A stretch of DNA of 35,173 nucleotides from a virus. Its lineage: Duplodnaviria > Caudoviricetes. Under the pieces are notes generated by a model that did not search any database, had not been told where the DNA came from, and worked only from the letters and a program-made list of their open reading frames with translations. Location of the stretch: IMG/VR virus record IMGVR_UViG_3300038749_000009, positions 1 through 35,173 of that record, one strand, 5' to 3'. Positions 1-9,458 of this stretch are shown one piece after another (the first letter of the stretch is position 1; each line of letters starts with the position of its first letter). The translations under genes were made by a program, and so were the position numbers.

Positions 1-351
1 ATGATCCCATCTGTATCCGAACAGCCTTCTGTCGACCTCACGCTTTGGCATATTCTGAAAATTGCTGGCAGCTATCACATCGTCGGCGAACCTGTAAATT
101 CAGCAGACGGAAGGCCACGTATTACGTCACCGCTTGCCGAAATTGTTGCGGACACAGGTATTGCAGTCACATCGTCAGGGCGCGAGTATCGGCTATTCGA
201 AGGTGCTACGGTGCCGTTTGAGCAATTGAAAACGGGCTTTCTTCGCGGATATTGCGCTAGGTATGGGCTTGAGCTTGATGATGTCGAGGTGGTGGATGTT
301 CAGGAAGTCAAATTGGCGTTGGTGACGCCAGCTAATAGACTGAAAGTGTAG
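1..351 (+). CDS. Hypothetical protein (116 aa)
   Basis: Clean ORF starting at base 1; contains a 'RITSPL...VTSSGREYRL' motif reminiscent of small mobile-element hypotheticals; no function assignable. Confidence 0.6.
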   Translation: MIPSVSEQPSVDLTLWHILKIAGSYHIVGEPVNSADGRPRITSPLAEIVADTGIAVTSSGREYRLFEGATVPFEQLKTGFLRGYCARYGLELDDVEVVDVQEVKLALVTPANRLKV

Positions 352-404
352 ATAGAAATCCCCATCGGCTTTGCTATTATAGGGCGACTACGTTGGGGGA
401 TTTC

Positions 405-1304
405 ATGCGTACAATCGCTTTGAGCATTGCTGCTCTATTTGCATTCGTTTCCGCTTCTTATGCCGATTTTCAATGCCCAGCTGGTCAGCCAGCTTGGCAT
501 GCTGAGAAATATGGAAGTCACTTTTATTTATACGGCACAAAAGCATTGGGCATCGGAAGTAAGCTATATTTGGAACATTGGCGTGATGGATCGCTGGTTT
601 GGAGAGTTGCTCCTGAGCGACATTGCAAGGATGGATTATTGTTTTGCGAACTACGGTTCCCGAGTCTAGCTGAAAATTCAAAAGATAAAAACGACGATGA
701 AGATCAACTAGTGTCGACTTTTCAATCCATTTCGGACAAATCTGAACACCCACAGTATATCGTCTTGGGAGAGCCGACATCTCAATCAAAAGCTGCCGTA
801 TACTATATCATGAACGTTGATTGGTTCGAAGAAATCAGTGATGAATCGAGGAACGTCTGGATACCACAGGTCTATGACAGAATATATTGCGAAACTAAGA
901 AAGACGTTCCTGAGACTGAAACTGCTGCTGCGATTAATGACAATAATGATATGGGGTTCTTTTATCTAAAAGCTGCCGAAGTCGCAATTAAGGGTGGTGG
1001 AATCTCACCCGATGGTCTCGTTGAAGCTAGATTAAAAGGGGAAATGAAAACTATTTATGACTGTCATCTAGAAGTTCGCTATCTTTGTCTCCAGTTACTT
1101 TATGCTTCAGATAAGTATGTAAAAAGCCATAAGGATCAATTTTATGTTGGTGATTGGGACGAGTGGCGCGATGCATTTGAAAGTGATCAAAAGAAAAACG
1201 AATTCTGGGAAAACAATTTCAAACAAGCGGCTCAGGATGGATATAATCTTTTCAGCAATCAAGAACTTCAGAAAGCCGCAGGCGTGAACTTTGAAAAGAA
1301 ATAG
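405..1304 (+). CDS. Secreted/periplasmic hypothetical protein
   Basis: ATG at 405 after a GGGGA RBS; N-terminal signal peptide MRTIALSIAALFAFVSASYA (AxA cleavage site); several Cys; AT-rich. Confidence 0.7.
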   Translation: MRTIALSIAALFAFVSASYADFQCPAGQPAWHAEKYGSHFYLYGTKALGIGSKLYLEHWRDGSLVWRVAPERHCKDGLLFCELRFPSLAENSKDKNDDEDQLVSTFQSISDKSEHPQYIVLGEPTSQSKAAVYYIMNVDWFEEISDESRNVWIPQVYDRIYCETKKDVPETETAAAINDNNDMGFFYLKAAEVAIKGGGISPDGLVEARLKGEMKTIYDCHLEVRYLCLQLLYASDKYVKSHKDQFYVGDWDEWRDAFESDQKKNEFWENNFKQAAQDGYNLFSNQELQKAAGVNFEKK

Positions 1305-1553
1305 TTAGGCCAACCCTCCTACGAAACCCGACATCTCATAGAGACGAACTATTGCAAGACGCATGTGACCTTTGCATCCACGTGCTTTGCATCTGGCCTT
1401 CTTTTCGATCTCATCCAGATACAGTGAATGCCGTTCTTCTGGGATTTCATTCTTTGGCACCACCCTCACACGGCCGCATTTTTTGCAGGTCATTTCCAAT
1501 TTTTGATGGTCGCCCAGGTCAGCGACCTTAATGCTTTCCTTCCACGATCCCAT
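1305..1553 (-). CDS. Small zinc-ribbon protein (82 aa) coupled to the Y-family polymerase
   Basis: ATG overlaps the polymerase stop (TGATG); CKKC...CKARGC cysteine pairs. The 132-aa ORF call is over-extended upstream. Confidence 0.75.
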   Translation of the reverse strand: MGSWKESIKVADLGDHQKLEMTCKKCGRVRVVPKNEIPEERHSLYLDEIEKKARCKARGCKGHMRLAIVRLYEMSGFVGGLA

Positions 1554-2818
1554 CACCAAAAATCCTCGGCTGATGGAATGCGTGTGTATGAAATCTTGCC
1601 GCCTGCATGGCCACCCACAGGCGGTTTCCAGTCTCCTAGAGACACTACCGTCCCGCTGTATTTGGTGTTGAGATTGTCTACGGCCGCGTTCGCTCGTTCC
1701 CACTTTTGGCGGATTTTGTCGTCATTGTTCAGCATGTCGAGCTGGCGTTCCGTGGACGAACTGAGATCGTAAAGGGTCACGCCTACCCTGAAGATGGTCA
1801 TCCCACGGGGATATGTGCGCAGCACTTCAGACCAGAGTTCAGTCAACGCGGACAGAATGGCGTGGTCGTCTTGCACAACGGGAAGATGCCGTTTTCCCAT
1901 CCATGAACCATCTCTGATCGAAAGCCAGAGCCAGAGACCACCCGCATAATAGTTTTCCCGCCTCAGACGGCGCGCTGCCTTCACAAGGAGCAATCTCGTG
2001 ATATCACGAGCGCCAGCAACGGTTCGCATATCTGGAGGAAGCACGCGCCCGTGGCCGAACATGCCTCTGGTTTGCTCCGGCGCTTGGATGTCGTATCCGT
2101 GAAGAGCGTACCAAAGGCGTTCGCCGTTCACGCTATTCCATAGTTTACGCATGTGCTTTGGCTGAAGTCGGTAAAGCTGTTCTGTACTGAAAACTCCGAC
2201 CTTGTAAAGCCTTTTGGCCATACTTCCGCCGATGCCTGGAATATCTTCCAGCTCGACCTTCAGGAGCGGCACAGGCATCTCAGCAGGCCACCATATGGCC
2301 AGCCCGTCACCATATCTTCCTTGGGATTTCTTTCCTGCTTTACATGCCATTTTTGCCAATTGGCGGTTCGCCGCGTAACCGACACTGCAGGTGATGTAGG
2401 GACCAATATTCTCGGCCAGAGCGCGTTTAATCCTCTGCGTCAACAATTCAGGATCGCGACGTCCATTTTCATCCAGTTTGCACGTCAGCTCGTCGATGGA
2501 TTTTGCTGTATCTATAGGGATAACGGCCTCGATCTCGCACAGAAGCGCATTGTGGGCGCGACGATACAGATCAGGTTTCTGAGGCACTAGGACGATGTCA
2601 GGACATAGTTTCCGCGCGTCTTGAACGTTCATCACATTCTTGACGCCATAGGACTTGGCTTCTCGACTGCACGCTATCACGCAGGTTCGGTCGGTTCCCT
2701 CAAAAGGCACAACACCGACCGGACGTCCCCGAAGGCGACGATCTGCCTGCTGTTCGACGCTTGCGAAAAAGCCATCGAAATCTAGGTAAAGGCGTTCAAT
2801 AGTCTCTGGACGGCGCAC
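1553..2818 (-). CDS. Y-family translesion DNA polymerase (UmuC/DinB-like, catalytic motifs intact)
   Basis: Motif I YLDFDGFFASVEQ, SREAK..GV, SIDE catalytic motif, LAKMA, HhH IPGIG, clamp-binding-like QLDML; GTG start at 2818 with a GGAGG RBS. Confidence 0.93.
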   Translation of the reverse strand: MRRPETIERLYLDFDGFFASVEQQADRRLRGRPVGVVPFEGTDRTCVIACSREAKSYGVKNVMNVQDARKLCPDIVLVPQKPDLYRRAHNALLCEIEAVIPIDTAKSIDELTCKLDENGRRDPELLTQRIKRALAENIGPYITCSVGYAANRQLAKMACKAGKKSQGRYGDGLAIWWPAEMPVPLLKVELEDIPGIGGSMAKRLYKVGVFSTEQLYRLQPKHMRKLWNSVNGERLWYALHGYDIQAPEQTRGMFGHGRVLPPDMRTVAGARDITRLLLVKAARRLRRENYYAGGLWLWLSIRDGSWMGKRHLPVVQDDHAILSALTELWSEVLRTYPRGMTIFRVGVTLYDLSSSTERQLDMLNNDDKIRQKWERANAAVDNLNTKYSGTVVSLGDWKPPVGGHAGGKISYTRIPSAEDFW

Positions 2819-2890
2819 GGGGTCGACCTCCCAACGCAGGAGTTTAAGGAACAAATTGTTAGAAGGTCGCCGCCGCCAAGCGGCCTACAT

Positions 2891-2905
2891 GTTCTCTATC
2901 TGTTC
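2891..2905 (-). promoter_or_regulatory. Alphaproteobacterial LexA (SOS) box GTTC-N7-GTTC in the polymerase promoter
   Basis: GTTCtctatctGTTC at 2891-2905, just downstream (minus strand) of a TTGACG -35 at 2920-2925. Confidence 0.85.
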
Positions 2906-3058
2906 TCTTTTCGCGCAGCCGTCAAGTAGGAATGATTTCCTCCCCGCTATTCACATTAATTCACAGGATGTCGGCGCGAACATGATTTGCTATTATGCAG
3001 TGGGAATTTTTCAATAAGATCGAATCATTCGTTTTCGATTTCGACGGTGGGGCAAGGT

Positions 3059-3445
3059 ATGCGTAAAGTATTGGTCTTCTGTATCGCTGTTGTCGCGGCT
3101 AATAGTATTGTATCAAGTGCTTATTCAGACGTTTTTGGCGCATACAAATGCACACTCATAAAAAACGGTGATCTTCAGAAAATCTATGGGTTCCAGGTTG
3201 GCGCTGAAATCATACTTGGTGTTAGCAACCTTGATGTATCTTGGATCAGCAGACATGGCCCTGGGCTTACGAGTGATAAATGCGAGAACATCGGAAAGAA
3301 CGTCATGTGCTCTGTAAGTGAGAACCAACAGACATACCTGTTTAACAGCGAAACGAATGAATTTACGAGGAAGTTTAATAGCTTTCCAAACCCCGATAGC
3401 CGGACTGAAATCTGGAAATGTGAACCCCTTCCATTAGCACAGTGA
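3059..3445 (+). CDS. Secreted hypothetical protein
   Basis: ATG 3059; signal peptide MRKVLVFCIAVVAANSIVSSAYS; paired cysteines. Confidence 0.65.
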   Translation: MRKVLVFCIAVVAANSIVSSAYSDVFGAYKCTLIKNGDLQKIYGFQVGAEIILGVSNLDVSWISRHGPGLTSDKCENIGKNVMCSVSENQQTYLFNSETNEFTRKFNSFPNPDSRTEIWKCEPLPLAQ

Positions 3446-3477
3446 TCTTTTAGTTCGCCCGACGAAAAAATCGCGAT

Positions 3478-3552
3478 GGGACCCTGAAGATTTTTGACAG
3501 GATGCGGGTAATTGGCGACGGCACGCTGTCACTCTTTCCAAAAATTTTTTTT
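3478..3552 (+). other. Putative cos packaging site (cosQ-like + cosN-like dyad + A/T tract)
   Basis: GGGACCCT (cf. lambda cosQ GGGTCCT), then GACAGGATGC-gggtaattggcgacg-GCACGCTGTC (8/10 dyad, resembling lambda cosN GACAGGTTACG/GGGCGGCGACCT), then AAAAATTTTTT, immediately upstream of terS. Confidence 0.7.
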
Positions 3553-3595
3553 AGCATTCATCATCAGCACCCCCACCATCGTTTTAACTTTGATG

Positions 3596-3607
3596 TAGAA
3601 TCTTGCA
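3596..3607 (+). promoter_or_regulatory. Late-promoter motif TAGAATCTTGCA, copy 1
   Basis: Exact 12-mer also at 10713, 15359 and 24123; 51 nt before the terS ATG. Confidence 0.7.
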
Positions 3608-3658
3608 GACGCGTGAAGTCCAATGTTTTCAAGGAGTTTTGAAAATATTGGAGCAGAG

Positions 3659-4282
3659 ATGGCGAGAAAAAAAGTAGCTGATGCTGTGATGAAATCCGCC
3701 GATGAGAATTCTGAAAACATCAGCACCGACGACAATTTTAGAAATATTTCAGCATCCCGCCGTTCAGCATCCCGAGACCGTCTGGTTTCACTGAAAGAGC
3801 TGGCATCTATTCTCGACCGCGACCGTAATACTATATCTGGCTGGCTTAAACACGGGCTTCCGTACGTCGAAGAAGCCGATAAAAATATTGGGAAAGCATG
3901 GAGTTTTGACACTGCAGAAGTGGTGAGATGGCTAGAAAAGCGCGCAGCGGATTCAGCTGTAGAAAAACTTGGTGTTCTCGGTAGTGACGGCAAAACTTCA
4001 GAAGAAGAAGCAAAGCGCAGGCGAGCTGTAGCTGCGGCAATCATCACAGAGTTGGAAGCTGCCGAGGCTGTTAAAACGGTTGTCCGTGTGTCTCATGTTG
4101 TTGACCGTATTTCTGCAGATTACTCGGAAATCCGTAGTCGTCTCATGTCTCTTCCAGACGCTATTTCGGGTCGCGTAGAGACGAAGGTCGCGCAAAAAGT
4201 GCGTGAAATCGCCGCCGAACAAGTTCGCTCAGCACTCAAGGCTCTTCGCGTAGACAGAGATTTTCAGCAAGCTGAAGGATAA
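3659..4282 (+). CDS. terS: Terminase small subunit, lambda Nu1-like
   Basis: Winged HTH LKELASILDRDRNTISGWLKHGLP...FDTAEVVRW followed by a coiled coil; lies between cos and terL; ATG 3659 with GGAG RBS. Confidence 0.9.
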   Translation: MARKKVADAVMKSADENSENISTDDNFRNISASRRSASRDRLVSLKELASILDRDRNTISGWLKHGLPYVEEADKNIGKAWSFDTAEVVRWLEKRAADSAVEKLGVLGSDGKTSEEEAKRRRAVAAAIITELEAAEAVKTVVRVSHVVDRISADYSEIRSRLMSLPDAISGRVETKVAQKVREIAAEQVRSALKALRVDRDFQQAEG

Positions 4283-4287
4283 TCAGC

Positions 4288-6408
4288 ATGCTCGATGAAG
4301 CCTTATTTGATCAGCTGGATTTATCTGAAGGTGCCATCATTTTTGATGGTGAGATGGATCAATTGCGCAATGAGACGCTTCAGATACCGCCGTTTAAAAA
4401 TCCCGTGGAATGGATTTTTGACAGCATAGAACTACCGAAACAGGCCACTTTCCGACCCGGCAACATGCGTTTGAACGGTTTTCAGAGGCCTGTTGCACTA
4501 GATGCCCTTGATCCAGAAGTCGACCAGATCACGGTGCTCAAGGGAGTACAAGTAGGTTGGTCTAGCTTTCTGAAAGCCATGCTCTTCTACGGCATCTCGT
4601 ATCTGGCTCTCAAAGCTATCTTGACACAACCGACCGACGACGATGCAAAGGGCTACTATAAAGACCAGATAGAACCGCACTTTTCTGATGTTTTGGCAGG
4701 CATACGACGCACACCTGCGAGGGGAGAAGTACAAGACACATGGGACGAACACCGTTTTAACAACGGCGCTCAGCTGTATTTCCGTGGTGCCGCATCTGAC
4801 GACGCGTTTAGACGCATCAGCGCACAATGGATGATGGCCGACGAAGTCGATGCCGATGCTTGGCTTCCGAGGTCTGAAAAGAAATCTCAAGCTGACAAGC
4901 TGGCACTTTATCGAGATCGTGGTACCGCCTTCATCGACAGTAAGCTCTGGGTAGGCAGCACCCCTCTATCTCGCGATACGTCACTCGTCTGGAGAGAATG
5001 GCTTCTTTCGGATCAGCGCCGCCTTCATGTTGCTTGTCCGCATTGCGGCACCCAGCAATATCTAAAGTGGGGATCTCAAAAAACGGACTACGGTTTCCGC
5101 TGGAAAACCAACGAACACGGACACGTGACCGAAGCTTGGTATCAATGCGAAGCTGAAGGCTGTCGAATAGACGAGCATCATAAAGAGGACATAGTCGAAG
5201 CTGGGGAATTCATACCGACCGCAATCCCAAATCGCCCCGGCCATCGCGGATATCACTGGCCTGCATGGCATTCATCAGCTCCGAAAGCCCGTTGGACGAT
5301 CCTCGCACAGCAATGGATCGATGCTCAAGGCGACACGGAACTTCTAAAACGCTTTATAAACAACGTCCTCGCGGAACCTTGGGACGACCTCGGTGGCGAA
5401 TCTATCGACCCAGACAGCATGAAATCGCTTCGCATTCCTTACAGCGCTGAAGTGCCTGATGATGTTGTTGTTCTGACACTGGGCGGCGATACGCAGACGA
5501 ACAAGGAAGGCCTAAAAGGCGGCGATCACGAAAGCATAGCATCGAGAGAAGTGAGCGTTTTCGGCTGGAATAAGAAGCGTATGCCACGCTTGATAATACA
5601 TAAAGTAATCCTCGGAGAACCTGGTGATGCCGATGCCGACGCCGAGCTAGATGAGATCATCAACAGGCGCTTCACCAAAGCGGACGGCACCGAAATGAAA
5701 ATCTCCGCGTCTGCTATCGACCTAGGCGGATCTTACGGCGACCAGACCAAAGCTTTCGCAAAAGCGCGCTCTGGACTTAGAGTATGGGCTATCAAAGGTA
5801 ATAATATTGCAAAAGGAAAGCGTTCGTCATCAGTTTGGCCTCGTAAAGTATCCCGTTCAACGAGGAACGGGCCGACTTGGCATATGGTCGACACTCAACT
5901 TGCAAAAGATGCCATCGGTCGCATGCTGACTATTCGCGGACCAGGTGCCGCTATTTTTCCAGCTGATACCCCAGATTCATATTTTGATGGTCTGAGTGCT
6001 GAGAAATTGCACATTGATAAAAACGGCCTTCGTCATTGGCAGCGCAAAAAGTCGACAAACACGGGCGAAGAGTGGGACTGCCTTGTATACGCGTATGCGG
6101 CGCTTTGCGGTCTTCAAGCATCCGTCCGTGAATATCGCGACTTGAATCTTGCAGCGCGACGACTTGGAATTGAAAACGTGTTGCCACCTCACGACCCCGA
6201 GACGGGTGAACTGTTGGACGACGGATCTAATGATTTATCCACAAGTTCTAAATTATTGAGAACAAAGGATAATCAGAAGCAGAACAAACCGCCTCGGCAT
6301 GGTGCCGAAGAAACGCAGAATGAGGTGCCAGTGGTGGCTCCGAAGCCTGTTCTCAAGCGGAAAAAACAGGGCGGTCGTGTTTATAGCTCGACTGCCAGAC
6401 GTTGGTAA
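4288..6408 (+). CDS. terL: Terminase large subunit, lambda GpA family
   Basis: KGVQVGWS Walker A-like, MMADEVD Walker B, GSTP, CPHCG, GGDTQ nuclease Asp, EEWDCLVYA. Confidence 0.95.
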   Translation: MLDEALFDQLDLSEGAIIFDGEMDQLRNETLQIPPFKNPVEWIFDSIELPKQATFRPGNMRLNGFQRPVALDALDPEVDQITVLKGVQVGWSSFLKAMLFYGISYLALKAILTQPTDDDAKGYYKDQIEPHFSDVLAGIRRTPARGEVQDTWDEHRFNNGAQLYFRGAASDDAFRRISAQWMMADEVDADAWLPRSEKKSQADKLALYRDRGTAFIDSKLWVGSTPLSRDTSLVWREWLLSDQRRLHVACPHCGTQQYLKWGSQKTDYGFRWKTNEHGHVTEAWYQCEAEGCRIDEHHKEDIVEAGEFIPTAIPNRPGHRGYHWPAWHSSAPKARWTILAQQWIDAQGDTELLKRFINNVLAEPWDDLGGESIDPDSMKSLRIPYSAEVPDDVVVLTLGGDTQTNKEGLKGGDHESIASREVSVFGWNKKRMPRLIIHKVILGEPGDADADAELDEIINRRFTKADGTEMKISASAIDLGGSYGDQTKAFAKARSGLRVWAIKGNNIAKGKRSSSVWPRKVSRSTRNGPTWHMVDTQLAKDAIGRMLTIRGPGAAIFPADTPDSYFDGLSAEKLHIDKNGLRHWQRKKSTNTGEEWDCLVYAYAALCGLQASVREYRDLNLAARRLGIENVLPPHDPETGELLDDGSNDLSTSSKLLRTKDNQKQNKPPRHGAEETQNEVPVVAPKPVLKRKKQGGRVYSSTARRW

Positions 6409-6438
6409 TACTGGATATATTTTTGGAGATTTTGGAGA

Positions 6439-6681
6439 ATGAGATTATTTAAATTTTGGACACGAGAGCAGTGTACAGATGCGATCCTCGACCTCGAAGA
6501 AGGCCTTGCTTCAGGCGCTCAGAGTATCAGCTACCCCGCAGGCGGCTCCCTTTCATATACAAATTTTGAAAACGCCGAGAAGCTTCTCGCAGCTCTCTAC
6601 GCACGCATTGATGATCTCGACGGCAAGCGCCCGAAAGCTCGGGTGAAGATGATCCCCTTTGTCGTGAAAAGGGGGTACTGA
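6439..6681 (+). CDS. Head-tail joining protein, gpW-like
   Basis: 80 aa between terL and portal; helix-hairpin-helix pattern (LEEGLASGAQSISY..GSLSY). Confidence 0.75.
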   Translation: MRLFKFWTREQCTDAILDLEEGLASGAQSISYPAGGSLSYTNFENAEKLLAALYARIDDLDGKRPKARVKMIPFVVKRGY

Positions 6682-6684
6682 TCT

Positions 6685-8220
6685 ATGGCTCAGCAAGCAG
6701 AAACACGCTCTTCAGCTCCGAAATCCAGACGCATCAGCACTCACGCTCGTAGTGTCAGGTCATCCATTTTTTCCAACATTTTCAAAAGCGCCAAGCACTT
6801 CTTCGAAGCCGCTAGCAATTCGAAAACTATTGAGCAATCTGTCGATGTCGGCCCGAACGGGTACAATTCCGAGATTGAGAAAGTTCGTCGGCGTTCACGT
6901 TGGATGTATGCCAACGATTCATTTTACAGACAGGCTTGCAGGCAGGTAGCAAATAACTGCGTACACTATGGCATCAAGCCTGTCATTAAAGACAAAAAGT
7001 TGCTCAAGATTTGGAATTGCTGGCAGAAAGAGGCTGACGCCCGTGGACGGCTTGATTATTACGGCCTTCAATATGTGTATGGGTTTGTCATTCCTCGCGA
7101 CGGTGAAGGAATTGGGCGTTTCAGAGAACGCCGCCCGAGCGATATGCGCAGCGGCATCAATTTTCAGATCCAGACGCTGGAAGCCGACCATCTACCGCTC
7201 GACTACACCCAGCTAGCGCCGAACGGCAATTGGATTGTTTCTGGCGTCGAGCGCGATGCAATTGAACGCCCAGTTGCATATTGGCTCTACGATCATCATC
7301 CCAAAGACTGGCAGGGCACGGGACAGCAGTCGCTTATTCCAAAACGTGTGCCTGCTGAAGACGTTCTGCACATCTACATGCCAGAAAGACTATCAGATAG
7401 TCGCGGCTATCCTTGGGGCGCTTCTGCTCTAAATATCACCGAACGCATCAGGACGTCCGATGAAGCCCAGGTTGAAAAGCAACTGACGCAAGCTGGTTTT
7501 GCTGGCGTTTTTAAAAAACCTCGGCTTTCTAGTGATGAACCGAAAGAAAATATGGGTGCAAAAAAAGACGATGACGGCGGGGATTTTGTACCGGTTGAGC
7601 GCGGAACTTTTGCTATCGTACCCGATGATTATGACGTCGAATTTGCACCCCAGACGCAGTCCGATGCTAATTATGGCGTTTTCCGTCGAGAGCATTTATC
7701 TGGCCTCGCGGTTGCTATGGGACTCGCTGTCGAACACATTACGATGAATTTTGAAAAACTGAACGACCGCACATATCGCGCGGTCATGTTGGAAGCTCAA
7801 CGCTTTATCGAAAGCATTCAGTATCATCTGTTCGTCAACCAGTTTTGCAAGCCAGTCTGGCGACGGTTCTTGAGTTGCGCCGTTCTCAATGGTCTCTGGT
7901 CAGTGCCCGATGGGCAGGAATTAGATGACTGGTTCGAGATTGAATGGATGGCTCCGGCACGTGGACATATTCATCCTCTTCAAGAGATTCTTGCTTTTAG
8001 TGAAGCGGTGAAGTCTGGTTTTACATCTCGCAAGCGAGTGGCTACTTCCTTCGGCGAAGATATTGAAGATATCGATGCGGAAAACCAGGAAGATCAGAAT
8101 CGAGCAAAGAGAATGAATCTCTTGTATCCTCTATACGAAAAGCTGATGTCCGACGATGAGCTTAGAAAGAAAATGATCGAAGCAGTATCGGAACCTGACG
8201 ACTTAGCGTCTATACACTGA
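6685..8220 (+). CDS. Portal protein, lambda family
   Basis: RRRSRWMYAND, DGE, IQTLEADHL, SGVERD, RGYP, HIHPLQE motifs; 511 aa; position. Confidence 0.95.
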   Translation: MAQQAETRSSAPKSRRISTHARSVRSSIFSNIFKSAKHFFEAASNSKTIEQSVDVGPNGYNSEIEKVRRRSRWMYANDSFYRQACRQVANNCVHYGIKPVIKDKKLLKIWNCWQKEADARGRLDYYGLQYVYGFVIPRDGEGIGRFRERRPSDMRSGINFQIQTLEADHLPLDYTQLAPNGNWIVSGVERDAIERPVAYWLYDHHPKDWQGTGQQSLIPKRVPAEDVLHIYMPERLSDSRGYPWGASALNITERIRTSDEAQVEKQLTQAGFAGVFKKPRLSSDEPKENMGAKKDDDGGDFVPVERGTFAIVPDDYDVEFAPQTQSDANYGVFRREHLSGLAVAMGLAVEHITMNFEKLNDRTYRAVMLEAQRFIESIQYHLFVNQFCKPVWRRFLSCAVLNGLWSVPDGQELDDWFEIEWMAPARGHIHPLQEILAFSEAVKSGFTSRKRVATSFGEDIEDIDAENQEDQNRAKRMNLLYPLYEKLMSDDELRKKMIEAVSEPDDLASIH

Positions 8221-8221
8221 T

Positions 8222-8285
8222 CTGCCGAAAAACTGCGACGGCTGCCGAAAAATTCATAAATGGCCGTCGCACCGCCGAAAAATTC
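8222..8285. repeat. Three GCCGAAAAA direct repeats interleaved with a 9-bp inverted repeat (possible bidirectional terminator)
   Basis: GCCGAAAAA at 8224, 8244 and 8274; TGCGACGGC (8234-8242) / GCCGTCGCA (8263-8271); lies between convergent genes. Confidence 0.75.
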
Positions 8286-8286
8286 C

Positions 8287-9054
8287 TTATCCGCACTTCT
8301 TCTTCTTCAGACTTTCAATAACAATTTGCGCAGTTCTCAGAGCTTGCTCAATCAAAGGAATCTTAGTTTCTTTGTTCTCGTGTATATCAATGCAAGTCCA
8401 AAGCAGGGCTAATGTCTTCTTGCATTCATTCCTAATTTCGTTTTTTGGTTCTGAAAAGCCGGAAGGATATCCGTCGTCATCGCTGTAAAAGATTTTATTT
8501 CTGGCATTCTGAATGTTAATAATCTCATCCTTAATTTTTTGAATGTCTCCATACTTTTCCATAACATCATTCAAAAAATCTTCATCTACAATTCCCAAAT
8601 TAGCATCGCCGAAACGAAATCTATATAAAGTGGCTGGACTATATTGTATTTGAGCATTATCCATGATCCTTAACGCAATAAAGTCTTGTTCTTTATTAAG
8701 AGCAACTCCCGGTTTGAATTCATTAAGTGAATTTATTACCATGGTTGCAAGAAAAGAAATTGTAGCTTTTTGCTGATGATCTTTTACGTTCACCTTCGCG
8801 TCGTCGCCGTAATTATAAAGCTTTGCGCATTTTATAAAAGCAGCGACTGCCTCTTCAGTGCCGTGAAGTGCAGAGAATGCAGCAGGAATTGGCAAATCAA
8901 TTGAAAAAATTCTATTCGCCCAATCCAGTGCACGAATGGCACTATAAGCGCGATACTGGACCGGTTTTGGCAAGTCTTGGATCTTTTTTTCAATCCACTT
9001 CACGATATCATGCGTCATGATATCGTCGAGTATTCCTTGTTTATTTTGCATCAT
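8287..9054 (-). CDS. HEPN-domain protein, AbiV-like (putative RNase toxin / abortive infection effector)
   Basis: ALHGTEEAVA helix, KDHQQK and RNKIFYSD match the AbiV-type EE...HxxK...RNxxxYxD pattern; AT-rich. Confidence 0.6.
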   Translation of the reverse strand: MMQNKQGILDDIMTHDIVKWIEKKIQDLPKPVQYRAYSAIRALDWANRIFSIDLPIPAAFSALHGTEEAVAAFIKCAKLYNYGDDAKVNVKDHQQKATISFLATMVINSLNEFKPGVALNKEQDFIALRIMDNAQIQYSPATLYRFRFGDANLGIVDEDFLNDVMEKYGDIQKIKDEIINIQNARNKIFYSDDDGYPSGFSEPKNEIRNECKKTLALLWTCIDIHENKETKIPLIEQALRTAQIVIESLKKKKCG

Positions 9055-9458
9055 GGATCACCAAGTCTGTGCCAGGCTTCCTTGAATTCTTCTGCAGAAT
9101 ACAGTTTTGGAGGAAGCCAGTAGGAAATATTTCCAGTCTTCGGACTCACGCCACGATGCGCAGCTGCCTTCACTTCGTCAATTGTCATGATAAAGCAGGT
9201 GGGTAAGTCTGATGTCGCATTAATCGTGATTATCCACCAATGAGAACGCAAATTGTCGAGCGATGTACCCAGTGGCACGGGATCTCTCTTGCTTAGAGCT
9301 TTTGACTGAATCGGAAGAACCCGACTTTCATCTGCCGAAGCCGCATATAAATCGGCACCACGAGCGTTTCTAACTGTCGGCATAACATGCCAACCTCGAC
9401 GAGATAGCTCACGAGCTACGTGATAAAGACCTGAGTTTCCGGTAAGTTGGTGTTTCAT
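9051..9458 (-). CDS. Small PD-(D/E)xK-fold endonuclease
   Basis: LTGNSGLYHVARELSRRGW...GADL...IQSK (D...QxK variant of the restriction-endonuclease fold); ATGA overlaps with both neighbours. Confidence 0.7.
   Translation of the reverse strand: MKHQLTGNSGLYHVARELSRRGWHVMPTVRNARGADLYAASADESRVLPIQSKALSKRDPVPLGTSLDNLRSHWWIITINATSDLPTCFIMTIDEVKAAAHRGVSPKTGNISYWLPPKLYSAEEFKEAWHRLGDP

Noticed and set aside
1553-2854. ImuB (inactive Y-family) call and the TTG start at 2854
   Set aside because: Catalytic D and SIDE are intact and no imuA/dnaE2 is adjacent; GTG 2818 has the GGAGG RBS.
3592-3607. Sigma54 promoter reading of the TTGCA motif
   Set aside because: None of the four copies has GG at the required -24 spacing (absent in two, off by one in two).
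8222-8285. Mini CRISPR array
   Set aside because: Repeats are only 9-14 nt with short unequal spacers, and no cas genes are present.
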